DNA from: Bacteroidales bacterium
GTDB taxonomy: Bacteria > Bacteroidota > Bacteroidia > Bacteroidales > WRLA01
Direction: 5' to 3'
Length of the DNA stretch: 64,000 nucleotides
NCBI GenBank assembly: GCA_963662905.2
Contig: CAXXFD010000004.1
Span: 31,638-95,637, forward strand
A program made the translations under genes and the position numbers. Positions 45,350 to 55,464 of this stretch are shown here, one piece after another. Numbering within the stretch: position 1 is the first letter of the stretch; each line of letters opens with the position of its first letter. Under the pieces are notes generated by a model. The model was not told the origin of the DNA. It did no database searches and saw nothing but the letters and a program-made list of their open reading frames with translations.

Positions 45350-47851
45350 TTATTCGTGGAAGTACACCCTTTTCACGCGATGGGAAACTGCAGTAAGTAA
45401 TTCATAAGGAATAGTTTCTGCTTCATCAGCCAAATCGCTGACCAGTAGTTCCGGACCAAAAATAATTACCTCATCACCGGCTGCTGCAGAAGGGATTTCC
45501 GTGACATCAATCATGCACATATCCATGCACACATTTCCTATAATCGGCACTTTTTGCCCATGCAGCAAAAAATGCCCTTTATTGCTCAGATGTCGGTTCA
45601 CTCCATCAGCATAGCCAATCGGTACTATAGCAATGTGCATATCATCCCGGGCCGAAAAGCTTCGGCTATAACCCACTGATTCTCCTTTTCGGATCGTTTT
45701 CACCTGACTGATACGTGTCTTGAGGCGACTGATCGGGCGCAGTTCCTTCTGAACATCATCCAATGGGGAAATTCCATATAAGCCCAGCCCCAGGCGCACC
45801 ATATCAAATGCCGAATTGGGATGCCGCGTGATGCCGGCAGTATTCAAGACATGACTTAAGAACTTATATTCCAATGATTTGCTTAAAAATTCCACCGCTT
45901 TCGTAAAACGCCCGATTTGCCGGCTTGTAAAATCATCCTGTTCTGCTTCGTCGCTGGCCGCGAGATGAGTAAAAACCGTTTGTACCCGGATAAAAGGATA
46001 TTCTGCAAGGACTGCAGGCAAATCCTGAAGTTCATTGGTTTCAAATCCCAAACGGCGCATCCCTGTATCCAGTTTGATATGGATTTTGAAAAGAGATGAT
46101 TTGTAAAAAAGCTTCTGTCGGGCCTTTTCGGCAAATTTCTTTAACTGTGAAAAAGAAAAAATCTCCGGCTCCAGCTGATATTGAAGCATATCATCAAAAG
46201 CCGATTCCTCCGGGTTCATTACCATAATGGGAAGCTTAACACCCGCTTTGCGCAGCTCCACACCTTCATCTGCATAAGCTACAGCCAGATAATCCACATG
46301 ATGAAACTGCAAAAGCCCGGCCACTTCAGCACTTCCTGCACCATATGCATTCGCTTTTACCATGGCCATAATTTTTACTCCGGCAGGGATTTTATTACGG
46401 TAATAATTCAAGTTATGCACCAAAGCATCCAAATTTACTTCCAATAAAGTTTCATGGGTTTGAGCTTCCAAGGCATGGCCGATTTGTTCAAAAGCAAAAG
46501 AGCGGGCTCCTTTGAGCAGAATGGCCTCATCATGGAAATTAAATTCGGAAATATGATTTAAAAAATCTTCTGTTGAAAAAAAACAACGTGCGTCTTTTGC
46601 AACAGTGTTGAGATGCCGTTGCATCGCCGTACCAACACCGATGATCCTGTGCAAATCCATTCCTTCCAGCATCTTTTTAACCTCAGCAAAAAGCTGTTGC
46701 TCCGACAAACCACTTTCCTGAATATCCGAAAGCACAAGGCTTTTCTTTTGATACTGCTTTTGTCGTTTCAGGAAATCCAGCGCAATACGTAATGATTCCA
46801 GGTCTGAATTATAGCTGTCATTGATAACAACCGTATTTTGCCTGCCGCTTTTTTGTTCCAGTCGCAGCGCCAAAGGGCTAAGCTGTAAAATACTATCCTT
46901 CAGTTCTTCCGGGCTGTGTCCCTGATAGAGCATAAATGCCAGGCAATGCAAAACATTTTCAACGGAAGCCTCATCACGGAAAGGAAGCTCAAGCTGATGT
47001 TTCCCGCCACAAAACTCATAGGAAAGCAGACGTCCTTTTGGACTTTCCGTATTAGCTGTTATTTTAATATCATCTGAACTCAGGCTGCCCCATGAAAACA
47101 CCCCGATGGAATTTCCCATTGCAAAAGCAATGATTTCCCGGTACAGCATCCTGTTCTGCGATGAGCAAATCAAAGTGGAAGCATTTTTAAAAAGCAGAAG
47201 CTTTTCATGTATTTTTTGTCGGATATTTTTAAAATCCGCCGAATGCGCAGAACCAATATTGGTGAAAATTCCAATCCAAGGTCGAATAATAGCCTCTAAT
47301 TTCTCCATTTCACCGGGACGGCTGATTCCGGCTTCAAAGATTCCCAGTTCATGCCGGGCATTGATTTGCCAAACCGATAAAGGGACGCCCAGTTGGGAAT
47401 TATAACTTTTTGGGCTGGCAACCAATTGTTTATCTTTTGAAAGCAAAATGCGCAGCCATTCTTTCACAGTGGTTTTCCCGTTGCTTCCGGTAATGGCCAG
47501 AACAGGAATATCAAACTGATTGCGGTGAAAGCCCGCCAATTGCTGCAAACGTGCAAGCACATCCTTGGACTGAAAAAAGAATGCATTGGGGCAGGCTTCC
47601 GGCCATTCCTCACTGAAATCACTGACAACAAAAGCCCTGACTCCTTTTTTATAGAGTTCGGTGACGTATTTATGGCCATCGTTTTTGTTGCTTTTCAGCG
47701 CAAAAAACACAGAACCGGAAGCCTGCATCAGCATGCGGCTATCAATCAATAAATGTTTTAAGCTTAAGTTTTCCGCACCTTTTTGAATGATTGCACATCC
47801 ACTGGCACGAGCAAAATCTCTTGCACTATATTGCTGAAATACCGTCGGCAC
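45350..47851 (-). CDS. murF: bifunctional UDP-N-acetylmuramoyl-tripeptide--D-alanyl-D-alanine ligase / alanine racemase
   Basis: 833 aa with a GTG start. The N-terminal half is Mur-ligase (ITGSNGKTTVKE). The C-terminal half is alanine racemase (MAMVKANAYGAG with the PLP lysine, ..VSHRVKRVY). It overlaps the pdxA stop by 1 nt. Confidence 0.9.
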   Translation of the reverse strand: MPTVFQQYSARDFARASGCAIIQKGAENLSLKHLLIDSRMLMQASGSVFFALKSNKNDGHKYVTELYKKGVRAFVVSDFSEEWPEACPNAFFFQSKDVLARLQQLAGFHRNQFDIPVLAITGSNGKTTVKEWLRILLSKDKQLVASPKSYNSQLGVPLSVWQINARHELGIFEAGISRPGEMEKLEAIIRPWIGIFTNIGSAHSADFKNIRQKIHEKLLLFKNASTLICSSQNRMLYREIIAFAMGNSIGVFSWGSLSSDDIKITANTESPKGRLLSYEFCGGKHQLELPFRDEASVENVLHCLAFMLYQGHSPEELKDSILQLSPLALRLEQKSGRQNTVVINDSYNSDLESLRIALDFLKRQKQYQKKSLVLSDIQESGLSEQQLFAEVKKMLEGMDLHRIIGVGTAMQRHLNTVAKDARCFFSTEDFLNHISEFNFHDEAILLKGARSFAFEQIGHALEAQTHETLLEVNLDALVHNLNYYRNKIPAGVKIMAMVKANAYGAGSAEVAGLLQFHHVDYLAVAYADEGVELRKAGVKLPIMVMNPEESAFDDMLQYQLEPEIFSFSQLKKFAEKARQKLFYKSSLFKIHIKLDTGMRRLGFETNELQDLPAVLAEYPFIRVQTVFTHLAASDEAEQDDFTSRQIGRFTKAVEFLSKSLEYKFLSHVLNTAGITRHPNSAFDMVRLGLGLYGISPLDDVQKELRPISRLKTRISQVKTIRKGESVGYSRSFSARDDMHIAIVPIGYADGVNRHLSNKGHFLLHGQKVPIIGNVCMDMCMIDVTEIPSAAAGDEVIIFGPELLVSDLADEAETIPYELLTAVSHRVKRVYFHE

Positions 47852-48936
47852 TAGTCATCATCCTCCTCATTGCTCAAAGGAAGCGGATTGGCATTTAGCT
47901 CGTCCCATTCCTTACGGTGTCGAACAATATCAGCGGCCAGGTTCAGGGCGTGGCGCATTGAATCGGCAGAAGCCAGATTTTTTCCGGCAATTTCATAAGC
48001 TGTTCCGTGCGCAGGTGATGTCCGAACCAGCTCTAATCCTGCAGTGAAATTCACACCGTTGTCAAAAGAAAGGCTCTTAAAAGCTATCAGCCCCTGATCG
48101 TGGTACATGGCCAAAATGCCATCAAACTTACTGAACTGGCCACTTCCAAAGAAACCGTCGGCAGGATAAGGCCCGTAGGTAAGCACCCCATTATCAAAAG
48201 ATTCCATTACTGCCGGAGCCACAATGTCGCGGTCTTCAACACCCAGCAAACCATTATCACCAGCATGCGGGTTCAGGCTGAGCACTGCAATTTTCGGGCG
48301 TACAATGCCAAAATCTCGACGCAGCGACTGATCCATAATCGCCAATTTGCGCAATATCAATTCCTTCGACAAAGTATCCGGTACCTCACGCAAAGGCATA
48401 TGGCCGGTGGCCATACCAATGCGCAGGTTGTCGCTGACCATCAGCATCAATGAATCCTCACTGTTGAATTCCTTGGCAAAATATTCCGTATGGCCCGGAT
48501 AATCAAAATCTTTGGATTGAATATTTTTCTTGTTGATGGGCGCAGTAACAATGGCATCAATATGTCCGCTTTTATAATCTTCCACAGCCTTCTGTAAAGC
48601 GATGCGCGCCAACTCCCCTGCTTCGCTTGTAGATTTGCCCAGCTCAATATGAACTTCATGATCCACCACATTGACAATATTCAAACGGTTGGGGTTTGCC
48701 AAATCGGCACTTTTTACCAGATTAAAATTTACATCACTGATATTAAGTGTTTTACGATGATATGAAGCAACTTTTGAGCTACCAAACACCAATGGCGTAA
48801 AGGATTCAAGCATCTCTTTTTGGGCAAAAGATTTCATAATCACTTCGTAACCGATGCTGTTTATATCACCATGTGTTATCCCAATGGTAATATGTTCCCT
48901 GTTCTTTTTATTTTGAAAATTCTGATTTTTATCCAT
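47851..48936 (-). CDS. pdxA: 4-hydroxythreonine-4-phosphate dehydrogenase
   Basis: ITHGDINSIGYEV, GHTEYF, LNPHAGDNG, TSPAHGTAYEIAGK. Confidence 0.9.
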   Translation of the reverse strand: MDKNQNFQNKKNREHITIGITHGDINSIGYEVIMKSFAQKEMLESFTPLVFGSSKVASYHRKTLNISDVNFNLVKSADLANPNRLNIVNVVDHEVHIELGKSTSEAGELARIALQKAVEDYKSGHIDAIVTAPINKKNIQSKDFDYPGHTEYFAKEFNSEDSLMLMVSDNLRIGMATGHMPLREVPDTLSKELILRKLAIMDQSLRRDFGIVRPKIAVLSLNPHAGDNGLLGVEDRDIVAPAVMESFDNGVLTYGPYPADGFFGSGQFSKFDGILAMYHDQGLIAFKSLSFDNGVNFTAGLELVRTSPAHGTAYEIAGKNLASADSMRHALNLAADIVRHRKEWDELNANPLPLSNEEDDD

Positions 48937-48978
48937 ATCAATTTATTTTAGAAGCCCTAAAGGACTTTTTAGGCAAAT

Positions 48979-50448
48979 TTATTGTTCTCGTGTATTTTGG
49001 GCAAGCGAATCCAGGAAATCAATCAGCAACCTTAATCCAAAACCGGTTCCGCCTTGACCGCGGTACTGATATTTTTTTGTTGTAAAGGCTACTCCCGCAA
49101 TATCCAGGTGTATAAATGCTTTGCTTGTAAATTTCTCCAGGAATTTACCTGCGGTGATGGCGCCTCCTTCGGCACTGCCCAAATTTGTCATATCGGCAAT
49201 GGAAGATTTCAGCTCTTCAGCATATTCATCATAGAAAGGCAATTCGGCCACACGCTCATATACTTCATCCCCCGATTTTTTCAATTGCGCCATATATTCG
49301 GCTGAATTGCTGCCCATAGCTACCAGAGCCTGTTTTCCAACGGCCCGCATTGCCGAACCGGTAAGGGTTGCCGCAGTGATCACCAGCATCGGGTCATATT
49401 TTTCAGCATAACTGATGGCATCGGCAAGGATCAGGCGCCCTTCGGCATCTGTATTGAGCACCTCAACGGTTTTTCCATTATACATTTTAATGATATCTCC
49501 CGGAACATAAGCGTTGCCATTACAGCGGTTATCCGTTGCCGGAATGAATGCGATAATCCATAAAGGAAGTTTTAATTCGGCTGCTGCAGCAACTGCTGTC
49601 CCCATCAAAGCGCCACCGCCCATATCGCATTTCATATCATCCATATACGACCCGGTTTTCAAATTCATGCCCCCGGTATCATAAACAACGCCTTTACCAA
49701 CCAATGCAACAGGCTTTTCGTTGATATGCCCTTCCGGTTTCCATTCCAGGATGGTGAAGGTTGGCGGATCAATACTGCCGCTGTTCACCGCAAGCAAACC
49801 GCCCATTTTCAGGGCTTCGATCTTTTTGCGGCCCAATATTTCGCTGCCGGCTCCTGAAGATTCGGCATATTTCGCCAAACGCTCAGCCAACTGATTGGCA
49901 TTCAATTTATTCAAAGGCTCATTCACCAGATCACGGATTTGAAAAACTGCAGAAAGAGCAATGTTTTTCTTGTCCAGCTCTGATTGATCCCCATTCAGGA
50001 TGAAAATATCTTTCAGGCTGTTGGCTTTCGCCTCGCTTTTGTAATAATTGAACTGATAATTGCCCAAAGCCATTCCTTCCGCAAAAGCAATAGCCGCCAT
50101 CTGATCGCCCTCAATCACCACCTGACTAACAAATTGAGCATTCAGGCCAGCTGCGGTTTTATCTCCGGCAATGCGCATTTTTTCAAGCCTTTTAAACTTT
50201 TCAGCAGCATCATCCACCTTCACAAAAAAGTGCATATATGGCATTTGCTGAAACAATAGGCTATCCGATTCGTTTCTTTTGAAATAATCTTGTGCAAATG
50301 AAAATCCTTCAGGGCTTAGCTTATAGGCTTTTAAATCTTCTTCCGTACTGAAGATGCTGATACGCGCTGCTGCTTTTGGAATATCATTAACGGACTGTAT
50401 GTATCTTTGCATAATTTTATTGCTTAATGCGTTTGGCAAATGAAACAT
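48979..50448 (-). CDS. pepA: leucyl aminopeptidase (M17)
   Basis: VGKGVVYDTGG, MKCDMGGGA, NTDAEGRL. A -7 box TACTTTTG lies on the minus strand at 50495..50502. Confidence 0.88.
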   Translation of the reverse strand: MFHLPNALSNKIMQRYIQSVNDIPKAAARISIFSTEEDLKAYKLSPEGFSFAQDYFKRNESDSLLFQQMPYMHFFVKVDDAAEKFKRLEKMRIAGDKTAAGLNAQFVSQVVIEGDQMAAIAFAEGMALGNYQFNYYKSEAKANSLKDIFILNGDQSELDKKNIALSAVFQIRDLVNEPLNKLNANQLAERLAKYAESSGAGSEILGRKKIEALKMGGLLAVNSGSIDPPTFTILEWKPEGHINEKPVALVGKGVVYDTGGMNLKTGSYMDDMKCDMGGGALMGTAVAAAAELKLPLWIIAFIPATDNRCNGNAYVPGDIIKMYNGKTVEVLNTDAEGRLILADAISYAEKYDPMLVITAATLTGSAMRAVGKQALVAMGSNSAEYMAQLKKSGDEVYERVAELPFYDEYAEELKSSIADMTNLGSAEGGAITAGKFLEKFTSKAFIHLDIAGVAFTTKKYQYRGQGGTGFGLRLLIDFLDSLAQNTREQ

Positions 50449-50541
50449 TAAACTTCATGCCTGAATGACGCAAATTAAAAATAAATTTTCCATGCAAAAG
50501 TAGGGAAATTGACCGAGATCAAACGAACACTATATTATAAT

Positions 50542-51675
50542 ATGTACGATCCTTCAGATGCAAATCAGAACAAAAGTGCTCAAATACTCGATAAAGCCAT
50601 GCAAGATGCTTTTCTGGATCGGGAAGAGGCTCTGTTTCTGTGGCATAATGCGCCCCTCGGCCGGTTGATGCACACAGCGCACCAAATCCGCATAAAGAAG
50701 CATCCAAAAAATGAAGTAAGCTGGATAATCGACCGGAATGTGAATTATACCAATATCTGCAATTCGGCCTGTAAATTCTGTAATTTCTGGCGCTCCAAAA
50801 ACCACAAAGAAGCCTGCATCACTCCGCTGGAAGCATTCATTCCACGTATCGAAGAAATGTGGAAACTGGGGGGCAGGCAATTGCTGCTTCAGGGCGGATT
50901 GCATCCCGAGTTGGGGCTGGAATATTATGAGCTCCTTTTCAAAAGGCTCAAAAGTTATTATCCCGAACTGAAACTGCATGCTTTGGGTCCTCCGGAAATT
51001 GTTCATATTGCCAAAATAGAAGGAATTTCATTTCGCGAGTGCCTATTGAAACTCAGGGAAGCCGGCCTGGACAGCCTTCCGGGAGCCGGCGCAGAAATTC
51101 TCAGCGATCGGGTACGGGAAATTTTGTCACCCAATAAATGCACCACCGCTGAATGGTTTGACGTGATGAGGGAAGCGCATAAAATCGGCATGACAACTTC
51201 AGCCACTATGATGTTTGGACATATCGAAACCATTGAGGAACGCATCGAACATCTGATTGCGGTGCGCGGTGTTCAGGCCGAAAAGCCCGAAGGCAGCAAA
51301 GGTTTTATTTCATTTATTCCCTGGCCATTCCAGGGAAAGGGCACTGTATTGAGCAAGCTTCATCCGGAAATAAAAGCCGTAAGCGCCAATGAGTATATCC
51401 GCCTGATTGCCCTGAGCCGCATTATGCTGCCCAATATCAGCAACATACAAGCATCATGGCTTACTGTCGGCAAAAATACCGGGCAAATATGCCTGCATGC
51501 CGGCGCCAATGATTTTGGTTCCATTATGATCGAAGAAAATGTTGTATCCGTTGCCGGGGCGAATTTCCGTTTCGACAAAGAAGGCATCCGGTTTGCCATT
51601 CGCGAAGCCGGATTTGTGCCTGTCCGGCGCGATCAGGAATTTAATATTTTGAAAAATTCAACACATGAAAAATAG
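50542..51675 (+). CDS. radical SAM enzyme of the MqnC/MqnE/CofH family (futalosine-route menaquinone biosynthesis)
   Basis: NYTNICNSACKFCNF (CxxxCxxC), GLDSLPGAGAEIL, ATMMFGHIET. I cannot separate MqnC from MqnE by eye. The start is uncertain (TTG at 50509 or ATG at 50542). Confidence 0.7.
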   Translation: MYDPSDANQNKSAQILDKAMQDAFLDREEALFLWHNAPLGRLMHTAHQIRIKKHPKNEVSWIIDRNVNYTNICNSACKFCNFWRSKNHKEACITPLEAFIPRIEEMWKLGGRQLLLQGGLHPELGLEYYELLFKRLKSYYPELKLHALGPPEIVHIAKIEGISFRECLLKLREAGLDSLPGAGAEILSDRVREILSPNKCTTAEWFDVMREAHKIGMTTSATMMFGHIETIEERIEHLIAVRGVQAEKPEGSKGFISFIPWPFQGKGTVLSKLHPEIKAVSANEYIRLIALSRIMLPNISNIQASWLTVGKNTGQICLHAGANDFGSIMIEENVVSVAGANFRFDKEGIRFAIREAGFVPVRRDQEFNILKNSTHEK

Positions 51676-52612
51676 CATTACAGAAATTTTTGGAATAGAG
51701 TACCCGATTATTCAGGGCGGTATGGTTTGGGCCAGCGGCTGGGAACTGGCAGCAGCAGTAAGCAATGCCGGCGGGCTGGGGCTTATCGGTGCAGGAAGCA
51801 TGTATCCCGATGTTTTTCGCCAGCACATCCAGAAATGCAAAAAAGCCACTTCAAAGCCCTTCGGAGTGAATATTCCCTTGCTTTACCCTCAAACAGATGA
51901 GCTGATCAGCATCATCGAAGAAGAAAAAGTTCCTGTTGTATTTACCAGCGCTGGAAATCCAAAAAAATATACACAAAGATTTAAGGATCAAGGCATAAAG
52001 GTAGCTCATGTGATCGCCAACCTGAAATTTGCCCAAAAATGTATGGAAGCAGGTGTTGATGCCGTTGTTGCCGAAGGTTTTGAAGCCGGCGGCCATAACG
52101 GAACAGAAGAAACCACCACCATGGCATTGATCCCTTACCTTTCGAGGCATATTGATATTCCTTTGATCGCAGCCGGAGGCATTGCCACAGGCGACGCCAT
52201 TTTCGCTGCAATGGCCATGGGTGCCGATGGCGTTCAGATCGGGTCGCGTTTTGCGGCCAGTGTTGAAGCTTCCTGCCACGAGCTTTTTAAGCAAAAAATC
52301 ATTGATGCAAAAGAAGGCGACACCAAACTTATGCTCAAAAAAGTGGGCGCAACACGCTTGCTGCATAATGATTTTGCGATGAAAATAGCCGAAATGGAAA
52401 ATACCGGCGCATCTAAAGAGGAAATCGCTGCATTTCTGGGAAGGGGACGTGCGAAAAAAGGCATGTTCGAAGGCGACATGAAGGAAGGCGAACTTGAAAT
52501 CGGGCAGGTTTCCGCTTTGATTGACAATGTGCTTCCCGTATCCGTAATCATGGAAAACCTGATCACTGAATTCCGAAACGCCAAATGCCGGATGAAGGAA
52601 ATGGGAATATGA
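51665..52612 (+). CDS. NAD(P)H-dependent flavin oxidoreductase (nitronate monooxygenase / FabK-like)
   Basis: IEYPIIQGGMVWAS, NAGGLGLIG, VVAEGFEAGGH, PLIAAGGIATG, GADGVQIGSRF. Confidence 0.85.
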   Translation: MKNSITEIFGIEYPIIQGGMVWASGWELAAAVSNAGGLGLIGAGSMYPDVFRQHIQKCKKATSKPFGVNIPLLYPQTDELISIIEEEKVPVVFTSAGNPKKYTQRFKDQGIKVAHVIANLKFAQKCMEAGVDAVVAEGFEAGGHNGTEETTTMALIPYLSRHIDIPLIAAGGIATGDAIFAAMAMGADGVQIGSRFAASVEASCHELFKQKIIDAKEGDTKLMLKKVGATRLLHNDFAMKIAEMENTGASKEEIAAFLGRGRAKKGMFEGDMKEGELEIGQVSALIDNVLPVSVIMENLITEFRNAKCRMKEMGI

Positions 52613-53397
52613 ACGAATCCGGATATCTAAGCATCAACAGACATCAGCTTTATTACGAACTGATAAATCCGGTTTTATTCCTGACCGACAAAACGCCCAT
52701 CGTATTTCTGCATGAAGGACTGGGCAGCATTTCGCAATGGCACAACTTCCCAAAACAACTTTGCGATGCCTGCGGCTTGCCGGGCATTGTTTACGATCGG
52801 TTTGGTTATGGAAAATCAGATGAATGGCCGGAAATGATATCCGCTGATTTTCTTTTGAACGAAGCCCGTTTTGCTTTGCCACAACTGCTCGACAAGCTGG
52901 TTCCCGGCAAAAAAGTATTCCTTTTTGGGCACAGCGACGGAGCCACCATAGCTCTGGCAGCAGCAGCTTTTCAAGCCGGGCGCATCAAAGCACTGGTCTC
53001 TGAGGCACCCCATGTGCTTTTGGAGGATATTTCCATACAGGGAATTGAAGATACCGGAAAAGCTTTTGAAAACGGCTGGCTGCGAAATTCACTGTTAAAA
53101 CATCATGGTGCCAGAGCTGAGAGATTAGTCAATACCTGGACTCAACGCTGGCTCAGCCCGGAAGGCAAAAACTGGTCGATGGTGCATTTGCTGCCACAGG
53201 TCAACTGCCATGTTCTTTTTATTCAGGGCGATCGGGATAATTTCGGCAGCATGAAACAATGGGACTTGATTCGGGAAAACTGCAAAGGAGACAACACCGT
53301 TTTCTTTCTGGAAAAAACCGGGCATCACCCCCACCTCGAACGCAAAAAGCGCGTTGTCGAGATCAGCACTGAATTTTTTCTTCGGAATAATTCATAA
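52609..53397 (+). CDS. alpha/beta hydrolase
   Basis: Nucleophile elbow GHSDGA and C-terminal ..GHHPHLE. ATGA overlap with the upstream gene. Confidence 0.8.
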   Translation: MNESGYLSINRHQLYYELINPVLFLTDKTPIVFLHEGLGSISQWHNFPKQLCDACGLPGIVYDRFGYGKSDEWPEMISADFLLNEARFALPQLLDKLVPGKKVFLFGHSDGATIALAAAAFQAGRIKALVSEAPHVLLEDISIQGIEDTGKAFENGWLRNSLLKHHGARAERLVNTWTQRWLSPEGKNWSMVHLLPQVNCHVLFIQGDRDNFGSMKQWDLIRENCKGDNTVFFLEKTGHHPHLERKKRVVEISTEFFLRNNS

Positions 53398-53420
53398 TTT
53401 TTCACCAACCATTTTGCGAT

Positions 53421-53448
53421 TTAACTGTTATTAATACTTAACAGTTAA
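53421..53448. promoter_or_regulatory. 10-bp inverted repeat TTAACTGTTA-N8-TAACAGTTAA upstream of the acd-etf operon (candidate operator)
   Basis: Read directly from the sequence. It lies 45 nt upstream of the -7 box TATATTTG (53493..53500). Confidence 0.35.
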
Positions 53449-53543
53449 CAATATATTTTGCACTTACATATGTTAGTATCTAAATATTTAATTATATTTG
53501 TGCAAAAATATTCACACCAAAAAAAATCGCAAATATTCCACTT

Positions 53544-54686
53544 ATGAACTTTGAATTTACCGAAGAACAATTGATGATTCAGCAGGCGGCACGAGATTAC
53601 GCCAGCCGCGAATTGATTAAAGACGTTATTGAGCGCGACGAAAAAGCAGAATATCCTACCCGGCATGTGCAGGCGCTCGCCGAACTTGGTTTTATGGGCA
53701 TGATGGTCGATCCCAAATACGATGGTGGCGGCATGGACACGGTCAGTTATGTGCTGGCAATGGAAGAAATATCCAAAGCCGATGCATCGGTTTCTGTTAT
53801 TATGTCGGTAAACAATTCATTGGTTTGCTGGGGACTGGAGCATTATGGCAATGAGGAGCAAAAGGAAAAATACCTGAAACCCCTTGCCCGTGGTGAAAAA
53901 ATCGGGGCATTCCTTCTATCTGAGCCAGAGGCAGGATCTGATGCCACATCGCAGCGCACCACAGCCGAAGACAAAGGCGATTATTACCTGATCAACGGCA
54001 CCAAAAACTGGATCACCAGCGGAAATTCTGCCGGCACTTATCTGGTCATTGCGCAAACCCATCCGGAGAAACGGCACAAAGGAATCAATGCTTTTATTGT
54101 GGATCGCCACAGCGAAGGCATCTCTTTGGGGCCACACGAAAACAAAATGGGCATGCGCAGTTCGGACACACATTCGGTGATGTTTACCGATGTGAAAGTC
54201 CCTAAAGAAAACCGCATCGGCGAAGATGGCTTTGGTTTTAAATTTGCCATGAAAACGCTGGACGGAGGTAGGATTGGCATTGCAAGTCAGGCTTTGGGCT
54301 TGGCCAGCGGCGCCCTGGAGCGTGCCGTGCAGTATTCCAAAGAGCGCAAAGCCTTTGGCACGGAAATCGCCAACCATCAGGCTATTGCCTTTAAACTGGC
54401 AGATATGGCCGTAAAAGTGGAAAATGCACGCAACTTATGCCTGAAAGCCGCCTGGCTCAAAGACCAGCATAAAGATTACAGCATCATGAGCGCTATGGCC
54501 AAACAATATGCCGCCGACATTGCCATGGAAGTAACAACGGAAGCCGTTCAGATCCACGGCGGATACGGTTATGTGAAAGAATACCACGTGGAACGTTTGA
54601 TGCGCGAAGCCAAACTGACACAGATCTACGAAGGAACTTCAGAAATTCAGAAAATTGTGATATCCCGATCATTAATCCGCGAATAA
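53544..54686 (+). CDS. acyl-CoA dehydrogenase (short-chain/butyryl-CoA type)
   Basis: 380 aa. GAFLLSEPEAGSDA, WITSG, YEGTSEIQ near the C-terminus. Followed by etfB and etfA. Confidence 0.9.
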   Translation: MNFEFTEEQLMIQQAARDYASRELIKDVIERDEKAEYPTRHVQALAELGFMGMMVDPKYDGGGMDTVSYVLAMEEISKADASVSVIMSVNNSLVCWGLEHYGNEEQKEKYLKPLARGEKIGAFLLSEPEAGSDATSQRTTAEDKGDYYLINGTKNWITSGNSAGTYLVIAQTHPEKRHKGINAFIVDRHSEGISLGPHENKMGMRSSDTHSVMFTDVKVPKENRIGEDGFGFKFAMKTLDGGRIGIASQALGLASGALERAVQYSKERKAFGTEIANHQAIAFKLADMAVKVENARNLCLKAAWLKDQHKDYSIMSAMAKQYAADIAMEVTTEAVQIHGGYGYVKEYHVERLMREAKLTQIYEGTSEIQKIVISRSLIRE

Positions 54687-54700
54687 ATTAAAAAAATCAT

Positions 54701-55447
54701 ATGAAAATACTGGTTTGCATCAGTGTTGTACCCGACACGACAACACGAATTAAACTCAAGGAAGACAAAAAATCCATTGATGAAAACGGCATACAATGGA
54801 TCATAAACCCCTGGGATGAACTTGCCCTCACACGAGCCCTAGAGCTTAAGGAAGGCAGTCAGGGAAAAATAAAATCCGTAACGGTAATCCACGCCGGCGA
54901 CAAAGCTTCGGAGCAGGTCATACGAAAGGCACTTGCCATTGGCGCCGACGATGCCATCAGGCTTGATTTCAGCCCACAGGACTCTTTTCAAACGGCAAAA
55001 GCATTGGCTTCAGCCATCAACAAAGATGATTATGGCCTGATAATGGCCGGAATAGAGAGCAGTGATTACAACAGCTCCATGGTAGGCGGCATGCTGGCAG
55101 AGCTTTTGGACATGCCCAGCGTTTCATCCGTCAGCAATATTGATTTGGACGGTAATTTTATATTCACCAGCGAAATTGATGGTGGCAGCATAAAAATGAA
55201 TTTTGAAGAGCCCGTGCTTGCTATCGTCCAAAAAGGAATTGCAAAGGAGCCCAGAATCCCTAATATGCGCGGCATTATGATGGCCCGAAGGAAACCGTTA
55301 AAAGTGGAAAGCGCCGCAGAAAGCATGCTCAACAGCGCTATTGAAAGCCTTGAAATGCCTGCGCCAAAAGCCGCCTGCGAGATGATAGATGCAGATAATC
55401 CAAAAAAATTAATCGATTATTTGCAGACCAAAGAAAAAATTTTATAA
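54701..55447 (+). CDS. etfB: electron transfer flavoprotein subunit beta
   Basis: MKILVCISVVPDTTT..., NPWDELALTRALELKE, LIMAGIESSDYNS. Confidence 0.9.
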   Translation: MKILVCISVVPDTTTRIKLKEDKKSIDENGIQWIINPWDELALTRALELKEGSQGKIKSVTVIHAGDKASEQVIRKALAIGADDAIRLDFSPQDSFQTAKALASAINKDDYGLIMAGIESSDYNSSMVGGMLAELLDMPSVSSVSNIDLDGNFIFTSEIDGGSIKMNFEEPVLAIVQKGIAKEPRIPNMRGIMMARRKPLKVESAAESMLNSAIESLEMPAPKAACEMIDADNPKKLIDYLQTKEKIL

Positions 55448-55464
55448 TTTTAAAGCCTGTTAAG

